A DNA stretch of 63,994 bases, filler included, from Diploschistes diacapsis (Eukaryota), in assembly GCA_023645945.1 (NCBI GenBank). It is 10 parts of 10 records of this genome, joined end to end, with 100 filler letters (N's around TTAATTAATTAA, not from the genome) between each part and the next. Parts side by side here need not be neighbours in the genome. Positions count along the whole stretch, not along the records: positions 60,227 to 63,994 come from JALAIB010001855.1; 9 more parts are not named here. One strand, given 5' to 3'. The notes below the pieces were generated by a model. It was not told where the DNA came from. It saw only the letters and a program-made list of their open reading frames with translations, and searched no databases. Positions 61,005 to 63,994 of the stretch are shown one piece after another (position 1 is the first letter of the stretch; each line of letters opens with the position of its first letter). The translations under genes were made by a program, and so were the position numbers.

Positions 61005-63005
61005 ATGGATTCATCAAACCTCTTGGAGCTTCCCAAGGAAATTCGCCTTCACATACTTGAATTTCTTGTCGATGAAGCTGCCCTATACCGATATAAGTGG
61101 TTCAGTCAACCAGCTTTTGGAATCTCTCGTCAAATTCGGGAGGAAGCGATAACAGTCACCTACAGGACCCGGGACCTCATCTTTGAGCTGCCTGACTTTA
61201 TCCCCCGTAGACTCTCTAAGTCTAATGGAGGCTTATATCGTTTGTGGCCTTCAAACTTTAAGGTACACGATCAATACCACTCTATCGAATGGGATTTTGT
61301 GCCGAATTTTTTACAACCGGGCGAGCTAGATTATCGTGGATCAGACACGCTACATGCAATGGTGCATGCGACGACAATTGCAATTTGCCCCTTCCACTTA
61401 TTCCGTTCTATATGTATTGAGGTTCCCGCTCCGGACCCACGGGATCCAGCACAACTGATTATGACATGGAACCGGTTGCGATGGATCGCAAGACTGCTCG
61501 AGAAAGCTGAAAACGGACTTCCTGACATACAACTGGTATTCCCCGAAACTGCGGACCGGAGCTGGTTCAGTGCTGGTCAACTCAGCCTGTCTCACCAAGA
61601 CCTACTTGTTCTCGGTGCTGGTAACGCCGGTCGACCCTCTGATCTAACGCTGCTGCTGAGCGCCGTCGTCTCACTACGCCGCGCACGTAGCATAACAATT
61701 CGAACTCCGCCTTGCACAGATCCCGATGAATCTTGCCAAAAAGCAGTCGAGTGGCTGGAATCATCTGCCATAAAGAGGTGCAGATGGGGCGAAGATATCC
61801 ATTCTGGTTGGGACGACTGGTCGTATATCCGGTTCTTGGAACATTGTGAACTGCGCTTCCACCTGCTCTTATCGTCTCTGGAAACACCTGTTGCGCCTTT
61901 CCTTCGATTAGAGCAGCTGGCATCGCTAACGCATTTTGGCTGCCATCGATTGTTCGTACTATCTGACAACAACCTGGATTTCCCTTCGCCTGAAGAGACG
62001 CATGCCGCCATGAAACAGCTGCTTCACTGTGCCTTGGTGTTAGCCCCGCCGCCATTACAGACTTGCAATTGTAACTTTTATTATCGAGACGAATCCGCAA
62101 CAGAATGCAACCACGAAGAGGAATTCCCGGGGGCGTGTCAAGGGTCCTGGGAAAGTTTAGGCTGGCGCTTGCTCAGGTGCCAAGGCGACCCCGATATCGC
62201 CTTGCAGTGGAACCTTTTGGCAACACCCGAGGCAAAAGCTAGCGCTGGAGCGGGTCTCGGTAACGCGGAGGAGACGGCATTCAATAAATGTGCGTGTTTC
62301 TGGCGCGCGATTGATTGGCTGCTAGCGCATCGAGAGGGTATTCCCCCTTACAACGAAATACTAAAGAGGAGTGGAGCGCGAAGGAGAATATATGCGGCTA
62401 GTGAATCGATGCAGCATTTTAGGTTTGGCTATATCTGTCGTCGTGATAGCCCCAATGTGAAACTGGATATGGCTGCTCCTAACAAGGAGGAAGATGGGGA
62501 AGATGAGGGAGATCAGGAAAATCAGGAGGAAGATCAGGAGGAAGATCAGGAGGAAGATCAGGAGGAAGATCAGGAGGAGGATCAGGAGGAGGATCAGGAG
62601 GAAGATCAGGAGGAAGATGATGAAGATGAAAAGGAAGAGGACGAGGAAGATGACGCAAATAAGGGAGATGACGCGGATAAGGAAGAGGATGAGAATAAAA
62701 CATCCCTCGGGTTGCTAAGATCATCGAGATTTGCCAATGGTAAGCAAGCTATCCAAGCTGAAAGAGCTCCGGCTAAGAGCAGGTGTAAAGAACCAAGGAA
62801 GAAGGCATGTGATGCTGTGCCGAAAGACCTAGCTATGTTCGCATTACACGTGCTGTATTGCTTCGTCCTTGGCTGTCTAGCTACGTTCGCATTGCTCCTA
62901 CTTTGTTCCTTCAATCTCGCCCGCCAACGGTCTATTTGGCCACCGAACTTCGATAGGCGTTTATTTGGCGGTTCCTTAGAGGCAAGAAGAGCTAGAGAGG
63001 CCTGA
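61005..63005 (+). CDS. Hypothetical 666-aa protein: F-box-like N-terminus, acidic (DQEE)n tract, C-terminal hydrophobic segment
   Basis: 2-kb uninterrupted ORF; SNLLELPKEIRLHILEFLV; 12-bp GATCAGGAGGA(A/G) minisatellite at about 62511-62615. Confidence 0.75.
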   Translation: MDSSNLLELPKEIRLHILEFLVDEAALYRYKWFSQPAFGISRQIREEAITVTYRTRDLIFELPDFIPRRLSKSNGGLYRLWPSNFKVHDQYHSIEWDFVPNFLQPGELDYRGSDTLHAMVHATTIAICPFHLFRSICIEVPAPDPRDPAQLIMTWNRLRWIARLLEKAENGLPDIQLVFPETADRSWFSAGQLSLSHQDLLVLGAGNAGRPSDLTLLLSAVVSLRRARSITIRTPPCTDPDESCQKAVEWLESSAIKRCRWGEDIHSGWDDWSYIRFLEHCELRFHLLLSSLETPVAPFLRLEQLASLTHFGCHRLFVLSDNNLDFPSPEETHAAMKQLLHCALVLAPPPLQTCNCNFYYRDESATECNHEEEFPGACQGSWESLGWRLLRCQGDPDIALQWNLLATPEAKASAGAGLGNAEETAFNKCACFWRAIDWLLAHREGIPPYNEILKRSGARRRIYAASESMQHFRFGYICRRDSPNVKLDMAAPNKEEDGEDEGDQENQEEDQEEDQEEDQEEDQEEDQEEDQEEDQEEDDEDEKEEDEEDDANKGDDADKEEDENKTSLGLLRSSRFANGKQAIQAERAPAKSRCKEPRKKACDAVPKDLAMFALHVLYCFVLGCLATFALLLLCSFNLARQRSIWPPNFDRRLFGGSLEARRAREA

Positions 63006-63994
63006 AAAGAAGATTTTCCAGGGCTCGCTGCTATCTGAAGGCGAGCCCAAGTCAATCAAAGATAGCGATGGTCCGTATATTGGGAACGATGGTGTCCACA
63101 CTAGTAACGTAAACAGAACAGTTGTGATTATACTAGGACCTGCCTGAGATTTCCAGGATCAAATAAACGAATATTAAGGATAATTTACACACTCGTTCAG
63201 CTCTTCCCACTTTATGGCCATGTAAGAGCTCGACAACAACTTCGGATTAATCGGAAGACAAATCTAAAAAATTTCTCAGAGAGAGTGCCGAGTTGTCTCG
63301 GGTCTGTATTCTAGTTCATCTAAAGCAGCGCTCGAGCTTCTAAGTGGCTATGAAACAAACAAAAGAGATAGTATACTGGATGTGCAAAAACTATTTCCAT
63401 GAAACCGCTTTGCCAATATCCCATTCCCCCCCCTTTTTTTACTCGCACACCACCGAGTACCCCCGAACCCATCATTCAGCGTACGATCTCAGAGACCACA
63501 CAAATCTTGTCCATGCCAGTAGCTGCACACGGCATCGTCCATCCCAGTTCAATGTTCAACATCCATCTCAGTCCAGAGCGCAGACCCAAGACATTGGCAG
63601 GCACGAAATGGCTCAAGTTCTATTATTTCCTACATACACCGTTGTACTTTGCCGCTTTTATTTCTTCTTCACTTTCCTCTCTCTGATTTCGGCTCCTGTC
63701 TTTACTCCCGGTCTGCGGGCTCACACCGCTTTTGATCTGCTATACTCCGTTCCCCCCCCCCCTTTTTGCCTCTTTTCCTCTTCTCCCCCCTGCAGGCCGT
63801 CGCAAGCCCTTCCCCGGCTATGCTGCTTCGTAGCGGCAGATCGAGTATCGGCCCGATAGAGGATCGTGGGCCGGACGAACCTACTGGCCAGACTTTACCG
63901 AGGCAGGACTAGGACGAGCTGGAAGAGCCTGACGCTAGCGGTTCCCAGCAAAGATTGAGGATTGTGCTGGATATATATATATATGTATGTATGT

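Overview
Nuclear DNA of a filamentous ascomycete (Pezizomycotina-type short GT-AG introns with CTRAC branch points, RIP-like degraded transposons). The window is not one locus. It is ten contigs joined by nine artificial 100-nt linkers (N44-TTAATTAATTAA-N44). Seven internal contigs are 4.08-4.12 kb in decreasing size order and one is 26.5 kb (21054-47573), so adjacency across linkers means nothing. Recognisable genes: CUE1-like, flbA, HEM3, SNRNP27, TAF11, COG2, MRPL1, GUS1, an F-box-like ORF, ERG4, a dienelactone hydrolase, ABP2, PMP47, IWS1, a CTL/PNS1-type transporter, RAB2, VPS1, GCP2/SPC97, PYM1, HEM14 and an orphan 666-aa ORF. Pseudogenes: an FAD monooxygenase, NOP56 and two secreted Cys-peptide precursors. 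Nested degraded TEs include copia, gypsy-like, Tc1/mariner, a hAT-like tandem-repeat element and a hairpin MITE. Most notable unexplained signals: (1) a ~470-nt inverted repeat whose mismatches are mostly G:U-compatible on one strand (candidate hairpin RNA); (2) a repeat-containing prepro-peptide whose Cys-rich mature tail lies just behind one TAA, plus a second broken Cys-peptide gene; (3) a copia LTR with nine consecutive heat-shock-element pentamers; (4) an unusually long, self-complementary intron; (5) TE termini 130-190 bp upstream of housekeeping start codons, with Zn-cluster-like cargo. All calls come from reading the sequence by eye; no searches or folding were run.
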